A DNA stretch of 64,000 bases from Alphaproteobacteria bacterium (GTDB lineage Bacteria; Pseudomonadota; Alphaproteobacteria; UBA11073): the NCBI GenBank assembly GCA_013289145.1, contig JABDAM010000003.1, positions 27,301 to 91,300 on the forward strand. The letters are read 5' to 3'. Position numbers and translations under genes: made by a program. This document shows, in pieces, positions 19,106-27,663 of this stretch (position 1 is the first letter of the stretch; each line of letters opens with the position of its first letter). A model generated the notes under the pieces. That model had not been told where the DNA came from. It made no database searches and was given only the letters and a program-made list of their open reading frames with translations.

Positions 19106-19427
19106 AAAGCGCTCTCCCTTCTTTTTCAATTATTTTTCTTAAAGCTGGGCGCGCGTGCGCCAGATTAACGCAGTCGATTTTCGCCAGCTTATCTGACGCA
19201 TTCACAATATCCGTCAGTTTCCGCCATATGACGTGATCTGCGGTTGAATCCATTTCAAAGGCCAAATCCACATCCGAAAATTTATGAATTTTTCCAGTTG
19301 CATAGGAGCCAAATAAAACAATTTTCATAATTTGCGGAAAAACCAGTGCTAGATTACGCACAATCTCCCGCAGCCAGGGCTCAAGCCCTTCGTCGTTAAT
19401 CGTAATGGTGCGGGTTTCGGTGAGCAT
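19095..19427 (-). CDS. Nucleotidyltransferase (HI0073/MNT-like), putative antitoxin
   Basis: 110 aa with the motif LFGSYATGKIHKFSDVDLAFE. Confidence 0.75.
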   Translation of the reverse strand: MLTETRTITINDEGLEPWLREIVRNLALVFPQIMKIVLFGSYATGKIHKFSDVDLAFEMDSTADHVIWRKLTDIVNASDKLAKIDCVNLAHARPALRKIIEKEGRALYVR

Positions 19428-19467
19428 GGTTAATTTCTAGGTTAAGCCTATATAGTCTTTCTCTATT

Positions 19468-19568
19468 TGTCACCCCGGCCTTGTGCCGGGGTCTGTCTCG
19501 ACGTTAGGGCGATGCTTCAGAATGTGTGATTGCGGCGCCGCAGACCCCGGCACAAGGCCGGGGTGACA
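19468..19568. repeat. Nested palindromic element of the GTCAYCCCGG family (copy 2)
   Basis: tgtcaccccggccttgtgccggggtctg (19468..19495) is a perfect inverted repeat of cagaccccggcacaaggccggggtgaca (19541..19568). Each arm is itself a hairpin (ccccggc...gccgggg). Confidence 0.85.
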
Positions 19569-19574
19569 GACCTT

Positions 19575-21572
19575 TTATTGACACGCCAGACACTCCTCAT
19601 AATCATTCGCGCTATTCCCGTTCGCCGCAACCGGGGACATATCCAGCGGCAAACGCGGTTCGCGTTCGAGATCGAGTTCGGGCACCTTGCCATCCGCTTC
19701 GCCGGGGATTTGGTCGACCATGGCTTTTTTCAGTTGGGTGGAGGCGGCGGAGGATTCGGCGCGCTGGACGGACAGGGATCGGCAGTAATACAAAGACTTC
19801 ACGCCTTTTTTCCAGGCCAGCATGTGGATCTGGTGCAGATCTTTTTTATGCACGTTGCCGGGGAGGAAAATGTTCAGCGATTGCGCCTGGCAAATGTAAG
19901 GCGTGCGGTCGCCGGCGTGTTCGATCAACCAACGCTGGTCGAGTTCAAAGGCGGTTTTGAAAACAGCTTTTTCATCGGCGGTCAGGAAGTCGAGGTGTTG
20001 GACGGAGCCGCCGGTTACCGTGATGCTGCTCCAAATCTCCGGCGTGTTCTGGCCTTTTTCGGTGAGGAGTTTATCCAGATACGTGTTACGCACTTCAAAT
20101 GAACCGGACAGGGTTTTGTGCGTGAAGACATTCGCCGCGATGGGCTCGATGCCGGGTGATGTGCCGCCGGTGATGATGGAGATGGACGCCGTCGGCGCGA
20201 TTGCCATTTTATTTGAAAAGCGTTCCATGATGCCGTAGTCCGCCGCATCCGGGCAGGCGCCGCGTTCGTGCGCGAGTTTCACGCTGGCCTCATCCGCCTG
20301 GCGTTTGATTTGTTTGAACATGCGCTGGTTCCAGACCTTCGCCATCACGGATTCCATCGGGATGTTCATCGCCTGCAAAAACGAATGGAAACCCATGACG
20401 CCGAGGCCGATCGAACGTTCGCGCATCGCGGAATATTTCGCGCGCGCCATGCTGTCGGGCGCTTTTTTAATGAAGTCGGACAGGACGTTGTCGAGGAAGC
20501 GGCAGCAGTCTTCGACAATCGTCGGATGGTTTTGCCATTCCAGGAATTTTTCCAGGTTCAATGACGACAGGCAGCAAACCGCGGTGCGTTGCTGGCCGTA
20601 TTGGTCCGTGCCGGTGGGCAGCGTGATTTCGCAGCAGAGGTTTGACGTTTTCACCGTCAGTCCCGCGAGTTTGTGGTGCTCGGGAATCGCGCGGTTGACG
20701 TGGTCGATGTATAAAATATACGGCTCACCCGTTTCAACGCGGGCGGTGAGGATGCGGATCCACAATGCGCGCGCGGAAACGCGTTCGCGCACGGCGCCGT
20801 CCTTGGGCGATACCAATGCCCATTCCTGATCGTTTTCAACGGCGCGCATGAAGGCGTCGGTGACGACAACGCCGTGGTGCAGGTTGAGGGATTTGCGGTT
20901 CGGATCGCCGCCGGTTGGCCGCCTGATTTCGATGAATTCTTCGATTTCTGGATGCGAAATTGGCAGGTAAACCGCCGCGCTGCCGCGACGTAATGAGCCT
21001 TGTGAAATCGCCAATGTCTGGCTGTCCATGACTTTAATAAACGGAACGATGCCGGAAGTTTTCCCGGTGCCTTTCACGCCTTCGCCGATGCCGCGCAGGT
21101 TGCCCCAGTAGGAACCAATCCCGCCGCCCTTGGCCGCCAGCCAGACGTTTTCGTTCCACAGGCCGACGATGCCGTCCAGGCTGTCGTTTGCTTCGTTCAG
21201 GAAGCATGAAATCGGCAAGCCGCGATCGGTGCCGCCGTTGGATAGAACAGGCGTTGCGGGCATGAACCATAATTTGGAAATGTAATCATACATACGCTGC
21301 GCATGGGCGCTGTCATCCGCGTAATACATCGCGACGCGCGCGAAGATGTCCTGGAACGATTCCTCGCCCGGCAAAATGTAACGGTCGGCGAGCGTCGCGC
21401 GGCCGAAATCGGTGAGCAAATTGTTGCGCTCATGATCCACGCGGACTTTGGTGCCGCGTTCCACCTGTACCATATCGAACATTGCCATTTTCCCCTTTGC
21501 TTCAGGTCGCGGTGGCGGTCTGTCGCCGGCCGTTTCGCGCCCTGAGCCCTTGATTGCTGTTTCGGTCTTCAT
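19575..21572 (-). CDS. nrdA: Ribonucleotide-diphosphate reductase alpha subunit (class I R1)
   Basis: R1 catalytic-core motifs are present (SNLCCEI, PTASIS) together with the C-terminal Cys pair CLAC. The start is set at MKTETAIKG (ATG at 21572, GAGG upstream); the ORF track extends to 21623. Confidence 0.9.
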   Translation of the reverse strand: MKTETAIKGSGRETAGDRPPPRPEAKGKMAMFDMVQVERGTKVRVDHERNNLLTDFGRATLADRYILPGEESFQDIFARVAMYYADDSAHAQRMYDYISKLWFMPATPVLSNGGTDRGLPISCFLNEANDSLDGIVGLWNENVWLAAKGGGIGSYWGNLRGIGEGVKGTGKTSGIVPFIKVMDSQTLAISQGSLRRGSAAVYLPISHPEIEEFIEIRRPTGGDPNRKSLNLHHGVVVTDAFMRAVENDQEWALVSPKDGAVRERVSARALWIRILTARVETGEPYILYIDHVNRAIPEHHKLAGLTVKTSNLCCEITLPTGTDQYGQQRTAVCCLSSLNLEKFLEWQNHPTIVEDCCRFLDNVLSDFIKKAPDSMARAKYSAMRERSIGLGVMGFHSFLQAMNIPMESVMAKVWNQRMFKQIKRQADEASVKLAHERGACPDAADYGIMERFSNKMAIAPTASISIITGGTSPGIEPIAANVFTHKTLSGSFEVRNTYLDKLLTEKGQNTPEIWSSITVTGGSVQHLDFLTADEKAVFKTAFELDQRWLIEHAGDRTPYICQAQSLNIFLPGNVHKKDLHQIHMLAWKKGVKSLYYCRSLSVQRAESSAASTQLKKAMVDQIPGEADGKVPELDLEREPRLPLDMSPVAANGNSANDYEECLACQ

Positions 21573-21852
21573 CGCCGGACCTCGTTGCGAACGGTTCTCA
21601 AGTTGGTGAGTCGCGAACCACAAGATCTGGTGTGCTTGTTCTTTATGGATACCACATGATGCGGAGTCGCCAATAAGAACATATTACTATTTCGTAAGGT
21701 TTCCATGCCCCTGATTCCCCGATTCACGCCAGAGCATGCCTGAAGTTGGCACGGACTGTGCGCGTGAAATGCTTTTTCGCCTAGCCTGAAATATATTTTT
21801 TTTCGTCCTACTAGACAAGGAAAGAATCGGATTTTGTTCTGTTTTTGTTTCT

Positions 21853-21896
21853 TTTAGGGGGCCGCCTAAAAATTTCCTCCCCCCTCCAGGGGGAGC
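21853..21896 (-). terminator. Hairpin pair / terminator downstream of ORF 21908..22444
   Basis: Hairpins tttagg-gggccg-cctaaa and cctcccc-cctcca-ggggag are followed by T-runs on the minus strand. They separate the orphan gene from the nrdA promoter region. Confidence 0.5.
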
Positions 21897-21907
21897 ATGC
21901 TCTTTTT

Positions 21908-22444
21908 TTAGCGGGGTATGTGAGGGACTTCCTGTGGTTTTTGAGCCGCAGAGATTTGAATCCTGCCTTTGGAATCAGTGGTCAGTTTTTTCGCCTTAAT
22001 CCATTCCGCAACTTTTTCCGCAAAGGCTCCTTGCGGTTCTTGGGGATTATCACTCGTGCGGACTTCGCGGACTTGTTCCAAAGTCATCCCTTTTACCATC
22101 GCGCCGAAAATCCGGTTTCGTTGTGGATGATCGCCTTCTTTGGGTCTGGGGTCACCAGCATCCTCTTTGCTGCCTAAAAGATAATCAGCCAGAGTTATCC
22201 AAAGGCGGGTATTTTCGACGTTTAATGCCGCAACTCTTTGTCCTGGTGTTTTTGAATTTAGATATTCAACGATCGCATTCGCATAAGTTTCAGAGTTCAA
22301 ATTTTTCTTTCCATCAGGATCGCCGGCCAAAGTGCGAAAGAGAACGTTGAAAGAGATCTGCCCAGAAGGGCCGCATTTTGACGTAATTTGATGCGTCGCC
22401 AAATATCCGGCCATAAGGCTGGAACAACGTTTTAATATGCCCAT
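21908..22444 (-). CDS. Hypothetical protein (orphan)
   Basis: 178-aa open frame, AT-richer than its neighbours, with its own downstream hairpins. I recognise no motif. Confidence 0.5.
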   Translation of the reverse strand: MGILKRCSSLMAGYLATHQITSKCGPSGQISFNVLFRTLAGDPDGKKNLNSETYANAIVEYLNSKTPGQRVAALNVENTRLWITLADYLLGSKEDAGDPRPKEGDHPQRNRIFGAMVKGMTLEQVREVRTSDNPQEPQGAFAEKVAEWIKAKKLTTDSKGRIQISAAQKPQEVPHIPR

Positions 22445-22534
22445 GATTTGCCCCTTTTGCTTTTTAATATCAAAGGAACGCTATCACACTTTTGCTTGAA
22501 AAACAACGTTTTTCTGGGGCAACCGGCGCGGGTG

Positions 22535-23191
22535 TTAATGCTTTTGCGCGGGCGGCGTGCTGTCGGCCAGGTGGAATTCGGCGGAGATGTCGAGTTTTAC
22601 CTCGTCGCCCAAACCTGGTAAAAAGCCCGTCATGCCGAAATCGGAACGTTTGATTGCGCCCGTCGCGGTAAAGCCCATGGTTTGCGCGTTGATCATCGGC
22701 ATCACGCCGCCGCCGACGAAATGGACATCCAGGGTGACGGGTTTCGTCACGCCGTGAATCGTCAGATCGCCCGTCATGGTGCCGTGGTCGGTGCCGAGAG
22801 CGGTCAGGGTTTTGCTGGCAAACGTAATGTCGGGGTATTTCGCCGCGTCAAAAAATTCGAGGCTTTGCAAATGGCCGACGAGTTTTTCGCTATTCACCGC
22901 GACGCTGGCGACTTTAATAGTGACGTTGAGTTTGGATGTTTCAATCGCCTTGGGATGGAAAATCATCTGGCCGGAAATGTCGTTAAACCCGCCCGCGTAA
23001 TTGCTGAAGCCCATGTGGTTGATGAAAAAAATCGTATGCGCGTGGCTGGTGTCCAGATTGTAAATGCCTTCTGGCATCTGGCGCGGATCGTGGATGGTGC
23101 CCGCGACGGGTAGTTCCGCTGCCATGGCGGGGCCAAAATTAGATAGGGTGATGAAAAGGGCGGTGGCGGCGGGGAGAGAGGTGAGGCGCAT
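22535..23191 (-). CDS. YceI-family periplasmic polyisoprenoid-binding protein
   Basis: YceI-like YNLDTSHAHTIFFINHMGFSNYAGGF...LTIHGVTKPVTL. The start is set at MRLTSLPAATALFITLSNFGPAMA (signal peptide); the ORF track extends to 23257. Confidence 0.8.
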   Translation of the reverse strand: MRLTSLPAATALFITLSNFGPAMAAELPVAGTIHDPRQMPEGIYNLDTSHAHTIFFINHMGFSNYAGGFNDISGQMIFHPKAIETSKLNVTIKVASVAVNSEKLVGHLQSLEFFDAAKYPDITFASKTLTALGTDHGTMTGDLTIHGVTKPVTLDVHFVGGGVMPMINAQTMGFTATGAIKRSDFGMTGFLPGLGDEVKLDISAEFHLADSTPPAQKH

Positions 23192-23360
23192 GAGGAGGTC
23201 CGGGGCTGGGTGGTGAGGAAGATATAGCACGTTCCTGTCGTCCGACCAGTCTGTCATCCCGGCCCATGGTTTTCACCAAAGGGAGACGTAAAAAACTTGC
23301 TTTTTATTGGGGTTATTAGATAAAAAAGGAACTGAGTAATATTTTCAGGAGACATTATAT

Positions 23361-24179
23361 ATGAGCTTTAGAGACTGGCGCCGCAGGGCGGCTGCGCATT
23401 TTCGCCGCAAGGATACGGAACTGCTGGGTTATGAAGATCTTTCAAATTATTCCGGATTTGATTGGAGCACTGCACAGCCCCAAAAGTTGAAAAATCCAAA
23501 ATATGATGCGCTGTTTGGAAAATTAATGAATAACCAACTGGATGAAGAAGCTCGCGCAATCATAGATAATATGATCCATGATTATACTAATATTGACTAT
23601 AAGACGCCCGATGAAAAGATTATTCCCTGGGCAAGATTGCAAACTCAAATGTTTAAATTTGCTGCCAAAGACTGGCCGCAAGAGGTGCGAACTTATAAAT
23701 TAACACTGGAAAGTTTGACGCTTGAAAAGCCGATAAGGGTGAAGGAGAAAAAAGCATTTCCAGTCGTGCTGGATATTGAAGGTTTTACCTATGATACAGA
23801 AGAGTTGGAGCAAACCTGGGGCGTTAAGCAGGCAAGGCGTAAAGGGGCAGAGGAAAGCCTTGCCGGGGGTAAAGACAAAATGTTGGCAGAAGGTAATCTG
23901 GGTGGTTTGTCGTTTTGGGAAGGCGTGCGGCCTTCAAGTGAATCTGAAGAGCGGATTGCCAGATTTGAGAGAGAAATTGATAAAACCCAAATTTTTCTGA
24001 TTCCGTCCGGGGCGGTTATTTTACGTATGCAACTAACCGCAAACGATGCCGCGCCGAACCCGTATCAACAAAATTTCTATCTCATCCGCGAGCCGGAGTA
24101 TCTGGAGCCGTTTTTCGGCGTTGCGCCGCAGCCGGTTGTGCCCAAGGGGCCCGTGGTAGCGCCGCCGGTGCCGGTTTAG
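23361..24179 (+). CDS. Hypothetical protein, paralog A of a tandem pair
   Basis: 272 aa, colinear with ORF 24326..25135 (RRAAAHFRRKDTELLGYEDLSNY and LEPFFGVAPQPVVPKGPVVAPPVPV). AGGAG lies upstream of the start. Confidence 0.65.
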   Translation: MSFRDWRRRAAAHFRRKDTELLGYEDLSNYSGFDWSTAQPQKLKNPKYDALFGKLMNNQLDEEARAIIDNMIHDYTNIDYKTPDEKIIPWARLQTQMFKFAAKDWPQEVRTYKLTLESLTLEKPIRVKEKKAFPVVLDIEGFTYDTEELEQTWGVKQARRKGAEESLAGGKDKMLAEGNLGGLSFWEGVRPSSESEERIARFEREIDKTQIFLIPSGAVILRMQLTANDAAPNPYQQNFYLIREPEYLEPFFGVAPQPVVPKGPVVAPPVPV

Positions 24180-24325
24180 CGGCTAGGCCGAACGCACCAT
24201 TTTTTCTGGTTGGAGCTTGCCTCGCGAAGCCCTGGGTTGGGGGCAACGTAGCATCCCAAAAAACTTGCTTTTTGCCCGGGCTGTTTGGTAAAAGTACGCA
24301 ATCATACTTAACAGGAGGTTATCAC

Positions 24326-25135
24326 ATGGGCTCTAGAGATTTGAATCATAAACGGGCTGCGCGTTTTCGCCGTGAAGATACAGAGCTTGTCGGATTCGAC
24401 GGGTTGGCAAACTATTTTGACTGGAACGGCGCGGATGTCGTGACATTTAAGGACGCACAGCATGCAAAAGTTTTTCAACAATTGGTCGGTAATAATTGGA
24501 GTTTTGAGGACGAGGATGCGTCTGCCGATTTAGATAAAATATCAAGTCAAACGATTGATGAAGATATCCTTGAAAGCGCCAAAATAGCAGTGGAATTCTT
24601 TCTGGGCGCATCAGACGAATGGCCTGAAGAGGCAAAAAAATATACACTTACACTAGATAAAATCGTAATCGATAATCCGATTAGAATTAAATGGGCGTAT
24701 AAAGGCAATATGACAAATCTGAATATTAAAGGTTTTATTTCTGACGAAGAAAGCATTGAAATGACTTGGGAAGATAAAATGGCCAGACGTAAACACCAAG
24801 AGAAAACATCAGATGAGGCCAAGGATGAATCATTGATGGCAGGTAACTTAAGACATTTATCCTCTCTTGAAAAAGTTTTCCCCAGTGACGAAAAAGATGA
24901 ACGCGTTGAAGGATTCCGCAGGGAATTTGCTGTTTCCAAAATATATTTCGTCACATCGGACGCGCACATTCTGCGATTGCGTTTGCGGGGGCCTGACAAT
25001 GCGCCGAAGTCCTATGAACGCAACATCTATTTCATCCGCGATCCGGAACAATTGGAGCCGTTTTTTGGCGTTGCGCCGCAGCCGGTTGCGCCCAGCGGGC
25101 CGGTTGTAACGCCACCTCCGCCGGTGCCGGTTTAA
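24326..25135 (+). CDS. Hypothetical protein, paralog B of a tandem pair
   Basis: The start is set at MGSRDLNHKRAARFRREDTELVGFDGLANY (AGGAGG upstream); the ORF track starts at 24272. The C-terminus LEPFFGVAPQPVAPSGPVVTPPPPVPV matches paralog A. Confidence 0.65.
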   Translation: MGSRDLNHKRAARFRREDTELVGFDGLANYFDWNGADVVTFKDAQHAKVFQQLVGNNWSFEDEDASADLDKISSQTIDEDILESAKIAVEFFLGASDEWPEEAKKYTLTLDKIVIDNPIRIKWAYKGNMTNLNIKGFISDEESIEMTWEDKMARRKHQEKTSDEAKDESLMAGNLRHLSSLEKVFPSDEKDERVEGFRREFAVSKIYFVTSDAHILRLRLRGPDNAPKSYERNIYFIRDPEQLEPFFGVAPQPVAPSGPVVTPPPPVPV

Positions 25136-25196
25136 TAGCTAGGCAGAGCGCACCATCTTTTCCGGCTGGATGAGGCGGCCGGATTTTGCGGGGTCG

Positions 25197-25538
25197 CTAA
25201 TCACCCAAATGATCCGGCCAATGCATCGCCGTGTGCAAAATACGGATGATGCGGATGCCGCCGTCGATTTGCCGGTATAAAATGCGGTGGCCGTGCGCGT
25301 TGCGGCGCTTGCGGAATTTGGCGATATAGATGCGGATGCCGGGATGGCCGGTGGCGGGTTTGCCAAGGTGCGGGTCGTTGGCCAATTCCGCAAAGATATT
25401 ATCCAGGAACGCCATATAGCGTTCGGCCTGAATTTTACCCCACATGCGGGCGGTGGTTTTATCAATGGCCGTGAATTCTGCTGCCGCGGCGGGCGAAAAA
25501 TCGATTAATGCGCCGTTTCGGCAATCATGCTCCGCCAT
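25197..25538 (-). CDS. parE: RelE/ParE-family toxin
   Basis: 113 aa with a ParE-like pattern (IDFSPAAAAEF..I......GKIQAERYMAFLDNIF..LANDPHLGKP....PGIRIY......HRILYRQIDGGIRIIRILH). It overlaps the upstream antitoxin gene. Confidence 0.7.
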   Translation of the reverse strand: MAEHDCRNGALIDFSPAAAAEFTAIDKTTARMWGKIQAERYMAFLDNIFAELANDPHLGKPATGHPGIRIYIAKFRKRRNAHGHRILYRQIDGGIRIIRILHTAMHWPDHLGD

Positions 25539-25693
25539 GACGAGCTTTCCCGGTTTTTGCGGGCGAAGGCTTTGACCTCTTCCCAGGTGTAAAACACGCC
25601 GGATTTTTCGGACTCTAATCCCTCCAATAACGCTGCCTCTTCATCGGGGCTGAGGGTATAGGTTTCTTCTTCAGTTTGACGGTCTTTGGGCAT
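25505..25693 (-). CDS. Putative antitoxin partner of the ParE-type toxin
   Basis: 62 aa starting at MPKDRQTEEETYTLSPDEEAALLEGLES... (ATG at 25693). It is preceded by an extended -10 and a palindromic operator. The family assignment is uncertain. Confidence 0.55.
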   Translation of the reverse strand: MPKDRQTEEETYTLSPDEEAALLEGLESEKSGVFYTWEEVKAFARKNRESSSWRSMIAETAH

Positions 25694-25705
25694 GGCTGTT
25701 CCTCT

Positions 25706-25724
25706 GTTTGCTATTATAACAAAC
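25706..25724 (-). promoter_or_regulatory. Candidate TA promoter/operator: near-perfect 19-bp palindrome overlapping an extended -10
   Basis: gtttgctattataacaaac is palindromic apart from one arm position. On the minus strand it reads TGTTATAAT (TGnTATAAT) about 12 nt upstream of the antitoxin ATG. Confidence 0.5.
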
Positions 25725-25745
25725 TTTTTTGTCAAAAGCCAGCGG

Positions 25746-27134
25746 TTACGCCGATCGCACCATCTTTTCCGGCTGGATAAGATCATCGAATTTCGCGGGG
25801 TCGATGAGGTTGAGTTCGGCGGCGGCTTCTTTCAGGGTGATGTCTTTTTTGTGCGCGAGTTTGGCGATTTTGGCGGCGTTGTCGTAGCCGACGTGAGGGT
25901 TCAGCGCCGTCACCAGCATCAAACTTTCGCGCAGGAGTTTTTGGATGCGCGGTTCGTTGGGCAAAATCCCGACGACGCAATTTTCTGTGAAGCTGCGCGC
26001 GGCGTCGGCGAGCAGGCGGATGGATTGCAACACATTATATATGATGACGGGTTTGAAGACATTGAGTTCGAAATGCCCCGTCGCGCCGGCCATGGTGACG
26101 GCGACGTTGTTGCCCATGACTTGCGCGCAAACCATTGTCAGCGCCTCGGATTGCGTCGGGTTCACTTTGCCGGGCATGATGGATGATCCGGGTTCATTTT
26201 CGGGCAGGAGAATTTCGCCGATCCCGCAACGCGGACCGGAGCCGAGCATGCGGACATCGTTCGCGATTTTCATGAGTGAGCAGGCGACGGTGTTGAGTTC
26301 GCCCGATGCCTCCACCAACGCATCATGCGCGGCGAGGGCTTCGAATTTATTCGGCGCGGTGACGAAGGGCAGTTTGGTGATTTCCGCGGTTTGTTTCGCG
26401 AATTCTTCCGCAAACCCTTTTTTTGCGTTTAATCCCGTGCCGACGGCGGTGCCGCCTTGCGCGAGTTCCAGCAAACGCGGCAAAGGCGTTTTCACGCGCG
26501 CGATGCCGTATTCGATTTGTTTGGCGTAACCGCCGAATTCCTGGCCGAGCGTGAGCGGCACGGCATCCTGCAAATGCGTGCGGCCGATTTTGATGATGCG
26601 GTCGAATTCTTTTGCCTTCGCGTCGAGGGCTTTATGCAAACCTTCGAGCGCGGGGATCAGGGCATGCGTGATTTGTTCCACGGCGGCGATATGCATCGCG
26701 GTGGGGAAACTGTCGTTCGATGATTGGCCGCGATTGACGTGGTCGTTCGGGTGCACGGTTTTTTCGCCCGGCTGGCCGCCCAAAATTTGCATGGCGCGGT
26801 TGGCGATGACTTCATTCGCATTCATGTTGGTCTGCGTGCCGGAGCCGGTTTGCCAGACGACCAGCGGAAAATGATCGTCGAGTTTACCCGCCGCGACTTC
26901 ATCCGCCGCCGCGACGATTGCGTTGCCGAGTTTTTCATCGAGTTCGCCGAGTTTCATATTCGCGAGCGCGCTGGCTTTTTTTTGAATCCCGAATGCGCGG
27001 ATCAAAGGCAATGGCATGCGCTGATCCCCGATTTTAAAATTCTCCCGCGACCGCTGGGTTTGCGCGCCCCACAGTTTGTCGGCGGGGACCTCAACCGGGC
27101 CCATGGTGTCGTGTTCGATGCGGATGTTGGTCAT
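25746..27134 (-). CDS. fumC: Class II fumarate hydratase
   Basis: 462 aa with the signature [16 protein letters not shown] and full-length colinearity with FumC. Confidence 0.95.
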   Translation of the reverse strand: MTNIRIEHDTMGPVEVPADKLWGAQTQRSRENFKIGDQRMPLPLIRAFGIQKKASALANMKLGELDEKLGNAIVAAADEVAAGKLDDHFPLVVWQTGSGTQTNMNANEVIANRAMQILGGQPGEKTVHPNDHVNRGQSSNDSFPTAMHIAAVEQITHALIPALEGLHKALDAKAKEFDRIIKIGRTHLQDAVPLTLGQEFGGYAKQIEYGIARVKTPLPRLLELAQGGTAVGTGLNAKKGFAEEFAKQTAEITKLPFVTAPNKFEALAAHDALVEASGELNTVACSLMKIANDVRMLGSGPRCGIGEILLPENEPGSSIMPGKVNPTQSEALTMVCAQVMGNNVAVTMAGATGHFELNVFKPVIIYNVLQSIRLLADAARSFTENCVVGILPNEPRIQKLLRESLMLVTALNPHVGYDNAAKIAKLAHKKDITLKEAAAELNLIDPAKFDDLIQPEKMVRSA

Positions 27135-27190
27135 GCGGATTCCTTTTGCTATGGCGCTTTCATAGCAAATTCACCTGGAATGACTAGCCT

Positions 27191-27661
27191 TTATGGCTGT
27201 AGGTCGCGGTTAGGGAGTGAACCAAACAGTATGTTATGCATTTGTGCAGCAGCAGCCCTGAGGTATTCATGCCCCCCGCGATCTATTAGCGCGGTAAGGA
27301 TTTCCTGTATTTTGGGCCGGTCTTTATCTTTCCAAAAGTGTCCGCGGAATTTGTCTTGATCGTTCGTAAGCCAGCTATATATCGCAAAGCATGTTTTAGA
27401 ATCCGGATCCGTGCCGAGCCGAGTGACGATTTCAGCGTCCATTTCCAGGGAAGCATACCCGATCAATCGAAAGCAGGCTGTTCTGTTGTCCGAATGTTCG
27501 CCATCCAGAAGGGCGCGGATAAATTGCTCTCGTTCTTCTGACGTTAATTGATCGGATTTATCGCGGAATGAATCGATTGCTCCTTGCCGCGTGAAGCGTT
27601 CCACGGAATGCGATTGCTCGATCAGGTCTTGTAATAGCGCAGATGGGCGAGGGATGGTCAT
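27191..27661 (-). CDS. Hypothetical protein
   Basis: 156 aa. It starts 2 nt after the stop of the upstream ORF 27664..28422, so the two probably form an operon. I recognise no motif. Confidence 0.5.
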   Translation of the reverse strand: MTIPRPSALLQDLIEQSHSVERFTRQGAIDSFRDKSDQLTSEEREQFIRALLDGEHSDNRTACFRLIGYASLEMDAEIVTRLGTDPDSKTCFAIYSWLTNDQDKFRGHFWKDKDRPKIQEILTALIDRGGHEYLRAAAAQMHNILFGSLPNRDLQP

Positions 27662-27663
27662 AT

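Noticed and set aside
21573-21907. Cobalamin riboswitch upstream of nrdA
   Set aside because: I found no B12-box-like sequence or the conserved core on the coding strand, and class I RNR does not require one.
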